From the NCBI GenBank assembly GCA_900769705.1, contig CAAGHP010000002.1:15633-79632 (forward strand): a DNA stretch of 64,000 nt. The letters run 5' to 3'. Numbering within the stretch: the first letter of the stretch is position 1; every line of letters begins with the position of its first letter. The position numbers and the translations under genes were made by a program. This stretch comes from Alphaproteobacteria bacterium. GTDB lineage: Bacteria; Pseudomonadota; Alphaproteobacteria; RF32; CAG-239. Positions 28,726-40,119 of the stretch are shown piece after piece. Under the pieces are notes generated by a model. It was not told the DNA's origin, did no database searches, and saw only the letters and a list, made by a program, of their open reading frames with translations.

Positions 28726-30726
28726 TTATAATCCGAATTCATCAAAATCTGCTTCTGTATTTTGAGCAGTCTCATTTTCAGCCTGTGCGGCGGCAACATT
28801 TTCGGCTTTTTTGCTTTTCTCTGCTGCTTTTTTTTCTTTAGAAACTGTTTTTTCTATCCAGATTTGTTTTTTATCCTGATTAAAAGTAATCCAACTTTCA
28901 AACCATTTTTCAAAATTTTTGCTGACATCATTGGATATTCCTGAAGCCAGCCGCCCCAGTTTTAAATCTAGGCCTTTTACAAATTTTTCGTGAATACCTA
29001 AATTTATTTGCTTTTGACACTTGTTCTTACCGCTTAAAAATGACATCAAAAGTTCATTAGCGCTGCAAAAATGCCAATCTACATGTTTTTGTAGCTGTTT
29101 ATCATATATTGCCATGTTAATCGAGCGGTTAGCAATAAAATCATTTGCAAACACCGGATCTTTGGTGTTTTGAAAATTGTTTACGCCGGAGGTTCCTTGA
29201 ATCACAATAGTACTGTCTTCAAGCAAGTTATTTTCACGCAGTTCCTGCACAAAATATTCCAGTTCGCCGTATAAACAGCGCATTTGCTGCAAATAGGCTT
29301 TTTGCCGCTGCTGTGTCAAATCATATTTTATCCAAGGCAGACTGGCGATGTCATACCAGTCATCAGTCGGCTTAACCTGACAAAACTCATTATATATATA
29401 CATATTAGACGGTAAATCTACAAACACAAAATAAGCTTGTTTTCCCTTGTCTTCTTTAATATTTTGCAAAAGCACATCAAATGTTTTGATGGAATTTACC
29501 ACATACAGGTTGCTGTAATCAATACCAACCATCGGTGCATTTTTCAAATCAACAAAATTAGAAACAAAGGTAAAAACAGATGACATATTATTTATAATCT
29601 GCATGCTAGCAAGCCATTCCATCAGCAAAATATTTATCTTAGACAGCAAAGACAACCGAATATCATAAATATTTACCGGCTGGTTAATTTTTTCCATGCA
29701 TCTGTCGACATTGATTTGATGATTTTTATGACACATATCAAAATCGCGGGATTTATAGGCCGATACCAAATAGCCCTGATTTTGGAAATAATCGTATAAA
29801 CTATTGTCTTTTAAATTGATAAGTTCACGGCGGATATTGTAAAAACGCCAATATTCAGAGAGCAATCTGTTTTTCAAAATATGCGACTTGCTGGATTTTT
29901 CAGAATCCGGATTCAGTGAACGAACCATATTATATAAAAATTCATCTTCCGCCGTAAAAGCTTTGGGATAAACAGTAAAATTATTCTTTTGATAAAATCC
30001 CTGCATAATATTTTGAGTGCGGGTTGCTTCATTTGTGTGCAGTGTTGTTAAATAGGCATAAGAAGAAAGGTTTGGCAGCATAAAATAGATAAAACGCTTA
30101 TTTTCGCCCTCACCGGTTTTGTTGGAGTTATATGTTTCCAAAAATTCAGGCATATTGGTTTGATTGATATAGGCCGAATATACGTGAAAAAACAATACTC
30201 CGGAAGCCAGCATATATAAAAAACGTACAAAAAGGCTGCCGTAATAAAATATGCCGTAACATATTATGGCAAAGCCTATACCCAAAGCCGTATGTACTGG
30301 AATTGTTGTACTGCCGATAGAAAAAAGCTGCTGCAGCATAGAAAATTGCCGATATAAAACAAATACCAAGGCAAATGTAATAAAAGAGGCTAGACAGCAT
30401 TTTATAACCGTTCTGTTGCGCAGCAAAAATATAACTGCCGAAGAAAAAGCTAAAAAGCCCAATAAAATATAAGAAATTTCCGGAATGGGAAAAATGGAAT
30501 CGCGGAAGACTTCAATATTTCCAGAACCGGAGAATAAAATAAAATCCGTCGATAATAAAAAGGCTATGTACAAAGCGATAATCGTATTTTCAATAAACGA
30601 AATTTTTTTATGGTTTATCTGTAGCGGTTTGCCATGTCTGGAAAAACGCCCTTCCACATCATGTTTCAGCGGTGCAGCAGAATTCTGCACCACCGGAGCA
30701 TCGGAATTTAAATCATTCATAAACAT
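28726..30726 (-). CDS. hypothetical polytopic membrane protein with large C-terminal domain; possible degenerate alkaline-phosphatase/sulfatase-superfamily fold
   Basis: 666-aa protein with about 5 N-terminal TM helices and a ~430-aa soluble domain. Weak ordered resemblance to sulfatase motifs (YFVFVDLPS ... STIVIQGTSG), but catalytic residues are not conserved. Translationally coupled to yejE. Confidence 0.45.
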   Translation of the reverse strand: MFMNDLNSDAPVVQNSAAPLKHDVEGRFSRHGKPLQINHKKISFIENTIIALYIAFLLSTDFILFSGSGNIEVFRDSIFPIPEISYILLGFLAFSSAVIFLLRNRTVIKCCLASFITFALVFVLYRQFSMLQQLFSIGSTTIPVHTALGIGFAIICYGIFYYGSLFVRFLYMLASGVLFFHVYSAYINQTNMPEFLETYNSNKTGEGENKRFIYFMLPNLSSYAYLTTLHTNEATRTQNIMQGFYQKNNFTVYPKAFTAEDEFLYNMVRSLNPDSEKSSKSHILKNRLLSEYWRFYNIRRELINLKDNSLYDYFQNQGYLVSAYKSRDFDMCHKNHQINVDRCMEKINQPVNIYDIRLSLLSKINILLMEWLASMQIINNMSSVFTFVSNFVDLKNAPMVGIDYSNLYVVNSIKTFDVLLQNIKEDKGKQAYFVFVDLPSNMYIYNEFCQVKPTDDWYDIASLPWIKYDLTQQRQKAYLQQMRCLYGELEYFVQELRENNLLEDSTIVIQGTSGVNNFQNTKDPVFANDFIANRSINMAIYDKQLQKHVDWHFCSANELLMSFLSGKNKCQKQINLGIHEKFVKGLDLKLGRLASGISNDVSKNFEKWFESWITFNQDKKQIWIEKTVSKEKKAAEKSKKAENVAAAQAENETAQNTEADFDEFGL

Positions 30727-32186
30727 CAGTTATCTAACTTTTCTCTGACTAATTTATTGACAATAGCAGGATTAGCTTTGCCTTGCGACATTTTGAGCGT
30801 CTGTCCCACAAACCAGCCGGCCAAATTAGTTTTACCGTTTTTATAGGCTTCGACATTAGCCGGATTAGAGGCAATGACTTCATCAATAATTTTTTCAATA
30901 GCGCCTGTATCTGTAACCTGTTTCAATCCTTTTTCTTCTACGATTTTTTCAGGATTTTCGCCAGTTTCGCTCATAATTTCAAACACATCTTTGGCAATTT
31001 TACCAGAAATAACTTCTTTGCTGATAAGCTCTACCAGTTTGCCGAGATTTTCGGCAGAAACAGGACTATGATGAATATCAAGTTTCTTTTTATTCAGCAT
31101 GGCAAAAAAATCGCTCATCATCCAGTTTGCCACCTTTTTGGCATCGTGGCCGGCTGAAGCTTTTTCAAAAAAGTCAGCAACTTCTTTGTTTTCACACAAA
31201 ACAGCTGCATCGTACGGAGTCAAGCCCATTGTTTCAACAAAACGCTGTTTTTTGGCATCAGGCAATTCCACCATTTCTTTTTTGATTTGTTCAATATATT
31301 CATCGCTCAAAACCAACGGAGGCAAGTCAGGTTCCGGAAAATAGCGGTAGTCATGAGCAAATTCTTTTTTGCGCATAACTTTAGTTTGTCCTGAAGTTGG
31401 ATCAAACTGACGGGTTTCCTGACAAATTTCTCCGCCGTTTTCATAAACTTCAACATGGCGTTTAGCTTCATTTTCAATAGCTTGCATAACAAACTTAACG
31501 CTGTTTACATTTTTCATTTCGCAGCGGGTGCGCAGCTCGTCAGAACCGTACGGACGGACAGAAACATTTACATCGCAGCGCATAGAACCTTCATCCATAT
31601 TGCCGTCGCAAGTTCCTAAATAACGCAGAATCGAGCGCAGTTTACGCAAAAATGCTCCAGCTTCTTCCGGTGCGCGGAAATCCGGCTTTGTTACGATTTC
31701 CATCAAACCAACGCCGGCTCGGTTAAAATCAATAAAGCTTTTATGCGGGCTCAAATCATGAATGGACTTACCGGCATCCTGTTCTATGTGCATACGCTCG
31801 ATACCGATTTTTTTGGAGCTGCCGTCACTCAAATCTATACGAATGCTGCCCTCGCCTACAATCGGAAAACGGAATTGCGTAATTTGGTAGCCGCTTGGTA
31901 AGTCGGCATAAAAATAGTTTTTGCGTGAAAATTCGGAATATTTATTGATTTTAGCATTTAAGCCCAATCCGGTTTTAACAGCCTGATGTACGCATTGACG
32001 GTTTAAAGTCGGTAGCATTCCCGGCATTCCTGCGTCAACAAAAGATACATTGACATTCGGATCATCGCCAAACTCGGTAGAAGCTCCACTGAAAATTTTG
32101 GATTTTGAAATAATTTGACAATGGATTTCCAAACCCACAATAACTTCCCATTTTCCTTTAGCTGTTTCGATAATATATTCTGCCAT
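30726..32186 (-). CDS. gatB: Asp/Glu-tRNA amidotransferase subunit B
   Basis: [25 protein letters not shown]... is the GatB N-terminus. I placed the start at the ATG with an AGGAAA RBS, which overlaps the gatA stop. Confidence 0.88.
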   Translation of the reverse strand: MAEYIIETAKGKWEVIVGLEIHCQIISKSKIFSGASTEFGDDPNVNVSFVDAGMPGMLPTLNRQCVHQAVKTGLGLNAKINKYSEFSRKNYFYADLPSGYQITQFRFPIVGEGSIRIDLSDGSSKKIGIERMHIEQDAGKSIHDLSPHKSFIDFNRAGVGLMEIVTKPDFRAPEEAGAFLRKLRSILRYLGTCDGNMDEGSMRCDVNVSVRPYGSDELRTRCEMKNVNSVKFVMQAIENEAKRHVEVYENGGEICQETRQFDPTSGQTKVMRKKEFAHDYRYFPEPDLPPLVLSDEYIEQIKKEMVELPDAKKQRFVETMGLTPYDAAVLCENKEVADFFEKASAGHDAKKVANWMMSDFFAMLNKKKLDIHHSPVSAENLGKLVELISKEVISGKIAKDVFEIMSETGENPEKIVEEKGLKQVTDTGAIEKIIDEVIASNPANVEAYKNGKTNLAGWFVGQTLKMSQGKANPAIVNKLVREKLDN

Positions 32187-32187
32187 T

Positions 32188-33645
32188 TTATTTCCTTTCA
32201 AACTTTGCATCAGCTTCAATTTTAGCAGCAACATTGAAAATTGTACCTTCGTCAAAAGGCTTGCCAATCAGCTGCATACCATACGGCAGACCGTTTTGAG
32301 ACAAGCCAATCGGCAGACTGAGCGCCGGCAAGCCGGCTAAGTTTACCGAAACAGTAAATACATCGTTCAAATACATGTTAATCGGATTATTTTTCATACT
32401 TTCATCACCAATTGGAAAAGCCGTAACCGGAGATGTCGGAGTCAAAATAATGTCGCATTGCTTAAATGCGTTTATAAAGTCATCGTGAATAAGACGGCGC
32501 ATTTTTTGAGCTTTAATGTAATAAGCATCATAATAGCCGGCAGATAAAACGTAGGTACCAATCATAATACGGCGCTTAACTTCGGTGCCAAAACCTGCAG
32601 TGCGGGTATTGATATATAATTTATCTAAGTTTTCGCCTTCTTTGCGCAAACCGTAGCGGATTCCGTCATAACGCGCCAAATTGGAAGACGCTTCGGCCGG
32701 AGCCAAAACATAGTATGTCGCCAAAGCATATTTTGTATGCGGCAGAGAAATTTCTACAACTTCAGCGCCGCGGGCTTTCAGATATTCCGCAGCTTTATCC
32801 CAATATGCGCAAACTTCTTCGTTTAAACCTTCGGGACGATATTCTTTAGGCATACCAATTTTAAGTCCTTTGATATCTTTGCCTAAAAAGCTTTCAAAAT
32901 CAGGTACTTTTACATCACATGATGTTGAATCTTTAGCGTCAAAACCTGCCATGCTTTTCAACAAAATTGCACAATCTCGCACGTCTTTGGCTATTGGTCC
33001 GGCTTGGTCTAAAGAAGAAGCAAAAGCCACAATGCCGTAACGAGAGCAGCGCCCATAAGTAGGTTTTATACCGGTGCATCCGCAAAAAGCTGCCGGTTCG
33101 CGGATAGAACCGCCGGTATCGGTTGCCGTAGCTCCGGCGCACATATTTGCAGCTACAGCAGCTGCCGAACCGCCGGAAGAACCACCAGGAACCAAAGCGG
33201 CATTTAGGCTCCACGGATTGATAACCGGACCAAAGTAGCTGGTTTCATTGCTGCCGCCCATAGCAAATTCATCCATATTCAGTTTACCCAAAAAAACAGC
33301 ACCGTCATTCAGCAGCTGAGATGTTACAGTTGATTCATACTGCGGAACAAAATTATCCAAAATATGTGAGCATGCGGTGGTGCGGATACCTTTGGTGCAA
33401 AACAAATCTTTGATACCGAGTGGTATGCCTTCCAAAGCGCGGTTTGTGCCGGCAGCATAGCGTTCATCAGAGGCCTTTGCCTGTGCTAAAGCCTTGTCAC
33501 CGCATTCCGTAACATAAGCATTATAGCGCTTGCCTTCCTGCATATTTTCTAAATAAGCTTGGGTTAATTCCACAGAGCTGAATTTTTTGCTTTTCAAACC
33601 GTCTAAAGTTTCATGAATTGTTAATTTTGTAATTTCTTTCATCAT
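32188..33645 (-). CDS. gatA: Asp/Glu-tRNA amidotransferase subunit A
   Basis: Amidase signature [13 protein letters not shown] and the catalytic Ser-cisSer-Lys context are present. Length is 485 aa. Confidence 0.9.
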   Translation of the reverse strand: MMKEITKLTIHETLDGLKSKKFSSVELTQAYLENMQEGKRYNAYVTECGDKALAQAKASDERYAAGTNRALEGIPLGIKDLFCTKGIRTTACSHILDNFVPQYESTVTSQLLNDGAVFLGKLNMDEFAMGGSNETSYFGPVINPWSLNAALVPGGSSGGSAAAVAANMCAGATATDTGGSIREPAAFCGCTGIKPTYGRCSRYGIVAFASSLDQAGPIAKDVRDCAILLKSMAGFDAKDSTSCDVKVPDFESFLGKDIKGLKIGMPKEYRPEGLNEEVCAYWDKAAEYLKARGAEVVEISLPHTKYALATYYVLAPAEASSNLARYDGIRYGLRKEGENLDKLYINTRTAGFGTEVKRRIMIGTYVLSAGYYDAYYIKAQKMRRLIHDDFINAFKQCDIILTPTSPVTAFPIGDESMKNNPINMYLNDVFTVSVNLAGLPALSLPIGLSQNGLPYGMQLIGKPFDEGTIFNVAAKIEADAKFERK

Positions 33646-33647
33646 TT

Positions 33648-33935
33648 TTACTCCACAACTTTCGGCACGGCAAAATAATCATATTCCTTATCCGGCGCAT
33701 TAGCCAAAACAGCCTCCTGACAGCCTCCGTCGGTAATTTCATCATCACGCAGGCGCAATGTAGTGTCATTAACCGATATCAACGGTTCCACATTGTCTGT
33801 ATTGACTTCGTTAAGTTCTTCTATCCAACTCAAAATTTTGTTAAATTCTTCTTTAGTTGCTTCAATTTTGTTATCTTCAACCTTCAATCTGGAGAGAAAA
33901 GCCACTCTCTTGACGGTTTCATTATCTATGGCCAT
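33648..33935 (-). CDS. gatC: Asp/Glu-tRNA amidotransferase subunit C
   Basis: 95 aa, typical GatC, immediately upstream of gatA. Confidence 0.85.
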   Translation of the reverse strand: MAIDNETVKRVAFLSRLKVEDNKIEATKEEFNKILSWIEELNEVNTDNVEPLISVNDTTLRLRDDEITDGGCQEAVLANAPDKEYDYFAVPKVVE

Positions 33936-33949
33936 AGTTTTTACCTCTT

Positions 33950-35704
33950 TTACATATCTATTTTTATTGGTAGCATTACAGTATCATATTGTAAGCGTTT
34001 GAAAAGCTTTAAATTTGTGATATCAACACCGCTTTGCTCAATCAGCTGTTCGGCTTTGATACTTCCGGTGTTGGCTATTAAATCGCCGATTTTTTCGCTC
34101 AAAGTTTTAGCTTTAGGAAAACTTACTATTCTAATGTTTTGGTTTCTTTTAATTTTTCCTAATTCAATAGCTTTGGAAAGAGCCTCAAGATATCCGCCCA
34201 TAGCATCAACCAGTCCCAAATTTAAGGCCTGTCTGCCCGTCCAAACACGACCGCGGGCTATTTTATCCATCGGCTGCGTCAATTTACGATTTTCGGCTAC
34301 TTTTGCCGTAAAGTCTTGATATACTTCATCAAGCGACTGATTAAATATCTTTTTTTCAGAGGTACTGAATTTATGGTTAGGGCTTAAAATTCCGGCATTG
34401 TCGCCCAAAGTAACCTGTCCCCAGTTTATTTCAAGCTTCTTCCAAAGTTTTTCAAAAACCATTTTACCTCCGAAAACCCCGATAGAACCTGTAATTGTCA
34501 TAGGTTCTGCCATAATATAGTCTCCGGCCAAAGAAATAAAATAGCCACCCGAAGCAGCGTATGACGACTGCGATATAATCAGAGGAACTTTTGTTTTTTC
34601 TTTAAGCTGTTTCAATGCAAAATAAATTTCATCCGCCGCATTATAGCTGCCGCCGGGACTGTCAATACGCACAACAACAGCTTTCAGCTGCTTCAGATTT
34701 TTAATATTTTCAATATCTTCAACCGTATCTTGGCTGCAAATAGCACTGTCGCGGCTTAAATTATCTTTGCTTTTACCATCAATAATTTCGCCGTTCAGAT
34801 TCAATACCGCAATTGTCGGTAAATTTCCATCATTATTAGACAGCGTAGCTGCGTAATCTTGCAAATTCACAAAATGTTCAGCGCCCTCATCTTTCAGTTG
34901 CTTTTCCAGCTGCGGCAAATACATAGTACCGTCTATCAACCCCAGTTTCTGCCCTTCCCGCGCCGTCAAAGGCGCCTTATTGACTATGTTTTCAAATGTC
35001 TCGGCTAATTTTCGGTTTTCTGAAATATCAACTTTCAACTCAGCCATTAAAGCTGCCCCCAGAGACTTCATTTCTTCAGCATATGTTTTAGGCATTTTGG
35101 CTTCAGTCAACGATGCCATGGCATTTTTATATTCATAGCGGGCATAAAATTCCGGTGAAACTCCTATTTTATCCAATAAATTTTTCAAAAACGGTACTTC
35201 AATGCTGACACCGGTCAAACCTATATAAGTATGCGGTTGCATATAGATTTTATCAAAAAATGAAGCAAGATAATATTCTATATTGCCGCGTCCTAAAGCT
35301 CCGAACCCTTGGGAAAAAACCACCGTTTTTTTACCGGTTGATTTAAAAACCAATAAAGACCGAGCCACATCTTGAGCTTGTGCCGGAGTAAGTGAAAATG
35401 TATTTATCTTAGCAATTATGCCGGTAATATTATTATCAGCAGCTGCAAATTCTATGGACTGCAGCAATTTAGAAAACGTTATCGGCGTTTCATCCATAAG
35501 TTCGGCTAAAATTCCTGCATTATCGCTTTCGATAATCGGTTCACTAAAATCAATAGTCAGATATGTGTTTTTTTCAATAGTCGGCGGATAGCTGCTGAAA
35601 AGGCCTCCAACAACCAAACCTATAAGGCAAATCACTGTCAAAGCGCCGACTATAGTGCAAAAAGAATGCAAAAATCCTTTTAATTTCAGCAAAAAAGCCT
35701 TCAT
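33950..35704 (-). CDS. sppA: signal peptide peptidase SppA (protease IV, 67K two-domain type)
   Basis: N-terminal TM segment plus two ClpP/crotonase-like domains. Motif SQSSYAASGGYFISLAGD contains the catalytic Ser. Confidence 0.78.
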   Translation of the reverse strand: MKAFLLKLKGFLHSFCTIVGALTVICLIGLVVGGLFSSYPPTIEKNTYLTIDFSEPIIESDNAGILAELMDETPITFSKLLQSIEFAAADNNITGIIAKINTFSLTPAQAQDVARSLLVFKSTGKKTVVFSQGFGALGRGNIEYYLASFFDKIYMQPHTYIGLTGVSIEVPFLKNLLDKIGVSPEFYARYEYKNAMASLTEAKMPKTYAEEMKSLGAALMAELKVDISENRKLAETFENIVNKAPLTAREGQKLGLIDGTMYLPQLEKQLKDEGAEHFVNLQDYAATLSNNDGNLPTIAVLNLNGEIIDGKSKDNLSRDSAICSQDTVEDIENIKNLKQLKAVVVRIDSPGGSYNAADEIYFALKQLKEKTKVPLIISQSSYAASGGYFISLAGDYIMAEPMTITGSIGVFGGKMVFEKLWKKLEINWGQVTLGDNAGILSPNHKFSTSEKKIFNQSLDEVYQDFTAKVAENRKLTQPMDKIARGRVWTGRQALNLGLVDAMGGYLEALSKAIELGKIKRNQNIRIVSFPKAKTLSEKIGDLIANTGSIKAEQLIEQSGVDITNLKLFKRLQYDTVMLPIKIDM

Positions 35705-35706
35705 TT

Positions 35707-36474
35707 TTATTTCTCCGTTTTTTCTGCCATCATTTTAGCAACATACGGATACCTCTTGACTGCTTCGGAATTTAATTCAGCACATTTATTTTCAATAAGT
35801 TCTTGCAATTCCGTCATAAATTCTTCTTTAGTTTTACCTTTGGCGCTGATTGGCGGCAAAAATTCAAACACCGCAGTTCCAGGATAGCGCAAAAAAGAAT
35901 TCTTTGCCCAAAACAGTCCGGTATTAACAGCCACCGGTACAATCGGCAAATCTAAATTTTCGCCTAAAAAGAAAATTCCTGATTTATAACCTTTGGTCGA
36001 CCCAGGCTTGCAGCGGGTTCCTTCCGGAAAAATCACAACCGGACGACCGGCATCGGTTTTCTTTTTAACCTCTGTCAACATGTGTTTCATAGCGCTGGCA
36101 CCGCCTTTGCGGTTGACAGGAATCATTCCGTAAAAATATTGCGACCAGCCGAAAAACGGCAAAAATATCAATTCGCGTTTCAAAATATAGGTGGTGGTCG
36201 GAGAAAATTGCGTAAATGAATAGGTTTCCAGCGCAGACTCATGCTTGCAGGCATAGAGCACATTATGATTGCGGATATTTTCAGCGCCGCGCAGCTCCAA
36301 TTTTATGCCGCCTAAAAAGCGCACCCAGAACAAAGCTATCGGCATAATAATTCTGTCCCAATAAAATATGGTAGCCTTTTGCGGCAGTAAAGCCAGCGGC
36401 AGCTGAATTATGCAGCCGATACCCAAAGTTCCGAAAAAGAAAATATTAGTCAATAAAGAACGAATAAACAGCAT
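35707..36474 (-). CDS. plsC: 1-acyl-sn-glycerol-3-phosphate acyltransferase
   Basis: LPLAT motifs are present: HESALE (HX4D/E-like) and FPEGTRC (block III). Confidence 0.72.
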   Translation of the reverse strand: MLFIRSLLTNIFFFGTLGIGCIIQLPLALLPQKATIFYWDRIIMPIALFWVRFLGGIKLELRGAENIRNHNVLYACKHESALETYSFTQFSPTTTYILKRELIFLPFFGWSQYFYGMIPVNRKGGASAMKHMLTEVKKKTDAGRPVVIFPEGTRCKPGSTKGYKSGIFFLGENLDLPIVPVAVNTGLFWAKNSFLRYPGTAVFEFLPPISAKGKTKEEFMTELQELIENKCAELNSEAVKRYPYVAKMMAEKTEK

Positions 36475-36486
36475 GTTATTTTCTCC

Positions 36487-37067
36487 TTAATAAATATGCA
36501 GATGCCGGCCGACATAGACAATTAAAAATTTGTTATATTCCATCAGCAACAAACGAAAAGTTCCCCAGCTTTTCCACCATTTTAGATTAACATTCGGTGA
36601 ATAAATCGGATTTAAGATAACCTTCAAATCATTTTCAGCTGTCACATAAATTATAAATTCTTGCAAACTACGCGGAATATGGTAGCTTGAGGTTACCAGC
36701 CGAATGGATTTTATGTCATTTTTTTTAATCCATTCTTCGGTTTCTATGGCGTTTTCAATAGTGTTTTTAGCTTTGCGCCCCAGCTCTATTTTATTTTTAT
36801 CATCTGCTGTAATTTCTGCTTGCTTTTCTATTTGACCGATACTTATGTTTTCCGGCACTCCGGAAATAAACAGCCTATCCGCCAAATTATTATTTAGCAG
36901 CTTTATACCTTCTGAAATCCGGTTGCGTCCGCCGGTCAATACAATAATAGCATCGGTCTTGGTAGTTTTATCAATATCATAAGAATTGATATAATGCGCA
37001 AAGTAAACAAACCCCAAACACCATACAGTAAAAGTGCACCCAAGTCCATACAAAAGCCAGCGTTTCA
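36487..37067 (-). CDS. DUF218 / YdcF-SanA family protein
   Basis: Motifs AIIVLTGGRNRISEGIKLL and VTSSYHIPRS are present. I placed the start at the ATG overlapping the ftsX stop (TAATG), giving an N-terminal TM helix. Confidence 0.6.
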
Positions 37068-38000
37068 TTAAATCATTTTCTCCAAGGTTTTGCGGACGGT
37101 CACATATGATGTACCCATTGCGTATAAAGATGAAAACAGCGGTGTTACCATTATCAGACTCCAAGCCACAGTGGAAAGCTGCGCTCCTTTAATCAGTCCG
37201 CTGCCGGTAGAAATTCCGTATTTGGCCACCAAAATAATGCATGGTACGGCGGCCATTAAGCCGATAATTCCCGAAAAAAAGCCGATTTTAGCAAAATTTT
37301 TGGCATATTGGCGGGCTATATAGTCATCTTTAGCGCCGATAATATGCAAAATTTCAATAGTATTCAGATTTATTCCTAAGCTGGTGCGTGTGGAATAGTA
37401 AATAGAAAATGCACAAATAGCAATAACCATAAACAATACGGACAGAGCCATATTTTTAAGCGATGTTGCAAACTTTATCAGCCGATTGAGCCACAAACGA
37501 TGATTATCGACCGAAGCATTTTCCGAAACTTGGCGTAGTCCGCGCGTTACTTCATCATAATTTAATTCGGCATTTTGTTTAAGCTTCACATCCAAAAGCA
37601 CGGGAATCGGCAAAGATGAGATATCAACTTTATCGCCCAGCCAAGGCGTCATAAGCTTTTCTACGGTTTGCGCGTCCAAGGCTTTAACGCTTTCGACCGC
37701 CGATAAATTTTCTACATACTGCAATACCCTGTTTTGTTGTTCCAAAGTTTTTTCGGCATCTATATGCTTGTTTTCATCTTCAACCGGAATAATCTGCACC
37801 GTAACCGAGCCCATAATATCTTTTTCCCAGCTGTCAGCCATGGCGTTGATTGCCATAACAATCGCCAAAACCACAATAAAAAGATACATATATATGGAAG
37901 TCAAAACATACATAAAAATCGAGGTATCATCATCTTCGGCGTTTATTTCACTGCGGCGACCCGTAACCAAATCACTTTTCATATATTTTTCTCCAATCAA
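37068..38000 (-). CDS. ftsX: cell-division ABC transporter permease FtsX
   Basis: Four-TM FtsX topology with a periplasmic loop. Start overlaps the ftsE stop. Confidence 0.78.
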   Translation of the reverse strand: MIGEKYMKSDLVTGRRSEINAEDDDTSIFMYVLTSIYMYLFIVVLAIVMAINAMADSWEKDIMGSVTVQIIPVEDENKHIDAEKTLEQQNRVLQYVENLSAVESVKALDAQTVEKLMTPWLGDKVDISSLPIPVLLDVKLKQNAELNYDEVTRGLRQVSENASVDNHRLWLNRLIKFATSLKNMALSVLFMVIAICAFSIYYSTRTSLGINLNTIEILHIIGAKDDYIARQYAKNFAKIGFFSGIIGLMAAVPCIILVAKYGISTGSGLIKGAQLSTVAWSLIMVTPLFSSLYAMGTSYVTVRKTLEKMI

Positions 38001-38707
38001 ACTCTGCCCAATGCCGGATACAGTTTTGCCGAACCGTTGTTCAGCACAATACGCGGATAATTATAGCTAGAAGTCAGCTGTTCATTGTGAGTTGCCAGCA
38101 CGACCGTAGTTCCGACTTTGTTAAGTTCTACAAACAATTTCATCAGTTTTCCGGCAATATCCGAATCCACGCTGCCGGTCGGCTCGTCGGCAAACAAAAT
38201 TTCCGGACGGTTTATTACGGCTCTGGCAATGGCAACACGTTGCTTTTCTCCGCCGGAAAGCGAAGCGCAGACTTTATATATGCTTTTGTGCAGTTCCACC
38301 CATTGCAGCAGCTCTGTCACGCGTTTATATATTTCCTTTTCGCCCATACCACGCACTCTGAGCGGCAAAGCTATGTTGTCAAACACACTCAAATGTTCCA
38401 ACAAACGAAAGTCTTGAAACACCACGCCGATTTTTTGTCTGAGCTCGGCCAAGGTATCGCGGTTAGAAAAATTTATATTGTTGCCAAACACTTTCAACAC
38501 ACCTTTATGCGGCTTTTTTACCAAATAAAGCATATTTAGCAATGTTGTTTTGCCGGCACCGCTTTTCCCCGTTACAAACGTAAAAGACCCCGGAAGCAAA
38601 GAAAAGTAGATGTTTTGCAAAACATTTTCATTGCGTTCATAGCCGACGGAAACATTCTGCAAATCGATAATCGGCTGTTTTATAACTGATTGGTTGTTTT
38701 CCATCAT
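37997..38707 (-). CDS. ftsE: cell-division ABC transporter ATP-binding protein FtsE
   Basis: Walker A GKSGAGKTT, signature LSGGEKQRV and Walker B LFADEPTGSVD are present. Confidence 0.88.
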   Translation of the reverse strand: MMENNQSVIKQPIIDLQNVSVGYERNENVLQNIYFSLLPGSFTFVTGKSGAGKTTLLNMLYLVKKPHKGVLKVFGNNINFSNRDTLAELRQKIGVVFQDFRLLEHLSVFDNIALPLRVRGMGEKEIYKRVTELLQWVELHKSIYKVCASLSGGEKQRVAIARAVINRPEILFADEPTGSVDSDIAGKLMKLFVELNKVGTTVVLATHNEQLTSSYNYPRIVLNNGSAKLYPALGRV

Positions 38708-38814
38708 ATTCCTCCAATTTGAACTAAGAATATATCAATTATCCATTTAATAAAATACTTTTTTTCTTTTATTCTGCAGATTTTTAGAATATAGTGCAAA
38801 AAAAAGAGGTTAGT

Positions 38815-39633
38815 ATGTTAATAAGTTGTCCAAAATGTAATGCCGTATATCAGATTCCGGACGGCAAAATTCCGGCTAATGGGAAAAAATTTAAATGCGC
38901 CGAATGCGGCGAAGTGTGGACTGTGCGTCCGCAAGACGTAAAGGAAGTTAAAACAGAAGAAAAAACTGCGCAGGTGCCGTCATCGGCATCTGTGGCTGCC
39001 GCTTTCTTACCGCAAGCAGAAAACAGCAATCCGCATGTTAAACCGCAGATTATCAGCCCGCAAACGACTCAAAACAGCGATGTGGAAAATATGTTCAACC
39101 GCCTGTCGCAAGACACAAAAGGCTTGTTCAACAACAACACATCTTCCGACACCGGCGTCGAAAAATGGAAACGTCGCTTTATTATGTTCTTTTCGCCGTT
39201 TATGGTAAATTGCTGTCTTTTGATATTGATTTTTGCTTTTACCATTTACATTGGCTACACCAACCGCTTTTATTTGGTTTCAAATATTCCGCAGCTGGAA
39301 AATTTTTATAAAAAAATTGGTATTAACAGTCTACTGAAAGGACGCGGACTGGTGTTTCAAAACCTACAGAGTCGCTATGTGGAGCGCCAGGGTAAGTTTT
39401 TTGTGGAAGTATCCGGCTCGATTTATAATGAAAGCGATATGAAATCGCTGGTGATGCCAATTAAAGCCGAGCTTTATAATGCCGAAGGTGAAAAACTTTC
39501 CGAAACAATTAAAGTGCTGACGCTGGACAGGCTGGAGCCTGACTTCAGCGCCGTATTCCGCATTTTGCTGCCGGATACTGGTTTGGAAGACAAAATAATC
39601 AATTTAAGTTTTGATGAAAATGCAGATATTTAA
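38815..39633 (+). CDS. MJ0042-type zinc-ribbon protein with DUF3426-like membrane/periplasmic domain
   Basis: CPKC...CAEC zinc ribbon at the N-terminus, a TM helix, then a C-terminal domain. I placed the start at the ATG preceded by AAGAGG. It is divergent from ftsEX. Confidence 0.75.
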   Translation: MLISCPKCNAVYQIPDGKIPANGKKFKCAECGEVWTVRPQDVKEVKTEEKTAQVPSSASVAAAFLPQAENSNPHVKPQIISPQTTQNSDVENMFNRLSQDTKGLFNNNTSSDTGVEKWKRRFIMFFSPFMVNCCLLILIFAFTIYIGYTNRFYLVSNIPQLENFYKKIGINSLLKGRGLVFQNLQSRYVERQGKFFVEVSGSIYNESDMKSLVMPIKAELYNAEGEKLSETIKVLTLDRLEPDFSAVFRILLPDTGLEDKIINLSFDENADI

Positions 39634-39643
39634 GGAGATAAAA

Positions 39644-40096
39644 ATGTTAAGAGATGATTTGCAAAACAGCTTAAAAGAAGCAATGAAAAATAAAGATATG
39701 AAAACTGTCGGCGCTGTGCGCCTGATTATTGCCGGACAAAAAGAAAAAGATGTAGAAGCCCGCGCTAAAGGTTTGGAAAAAGCCAGCGATGCCGATTTGC
39801 TTGCCATGATGCAGACAATGATAAAACAAAGAAACGAATCTATCAAAATTTATAATGAAGGCAATCGCCCTGATTTGGCTGAAAAGGAACAAGCTGAAAT
39901 TGATGTAATCAATCGCTTTTTGCCAAAGCAGATGGATGCCGCCGAAATTGACGAAGCTATCAAAGCCGCCATTGCCGAAACCGGTGCAGCAAGCATCCGT
40001 GATATGGGTAAAGTTATGGGCGCGCTCAAAGCAAAATATGCCGGAAAAATGGACTTTGGAGCCGCTTCGGCAGCAATTAAAAAGTTTTTGGCCTAA
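39644..40096 (+). CDS. yqeY: GatB/YqeY-domain protein
   Basis: MLRDDLQNSLKEAMKNKD... ending in the GatB_Yqey fold. RBS is GGAGAT. It lies upstream of dnaG. Confidence 0.8.
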   Translation: MLRDDLQNSLKEAMKNKDMKTVGAVRLIIAGQKEKDVEARAKGLEKASDADLLAMMQTMIKQRNESIKIYNEGNRPDLAEKEQAEIDVINRFLPKQMDAAEIDEAIKAAIAETGAASIRDMGKVMGALKAKYAGKMDFGAASAAIKKFLA

Positions 40097-40119
40097 ATAA
40101 AGGTTGCTACGGCCAAGCG

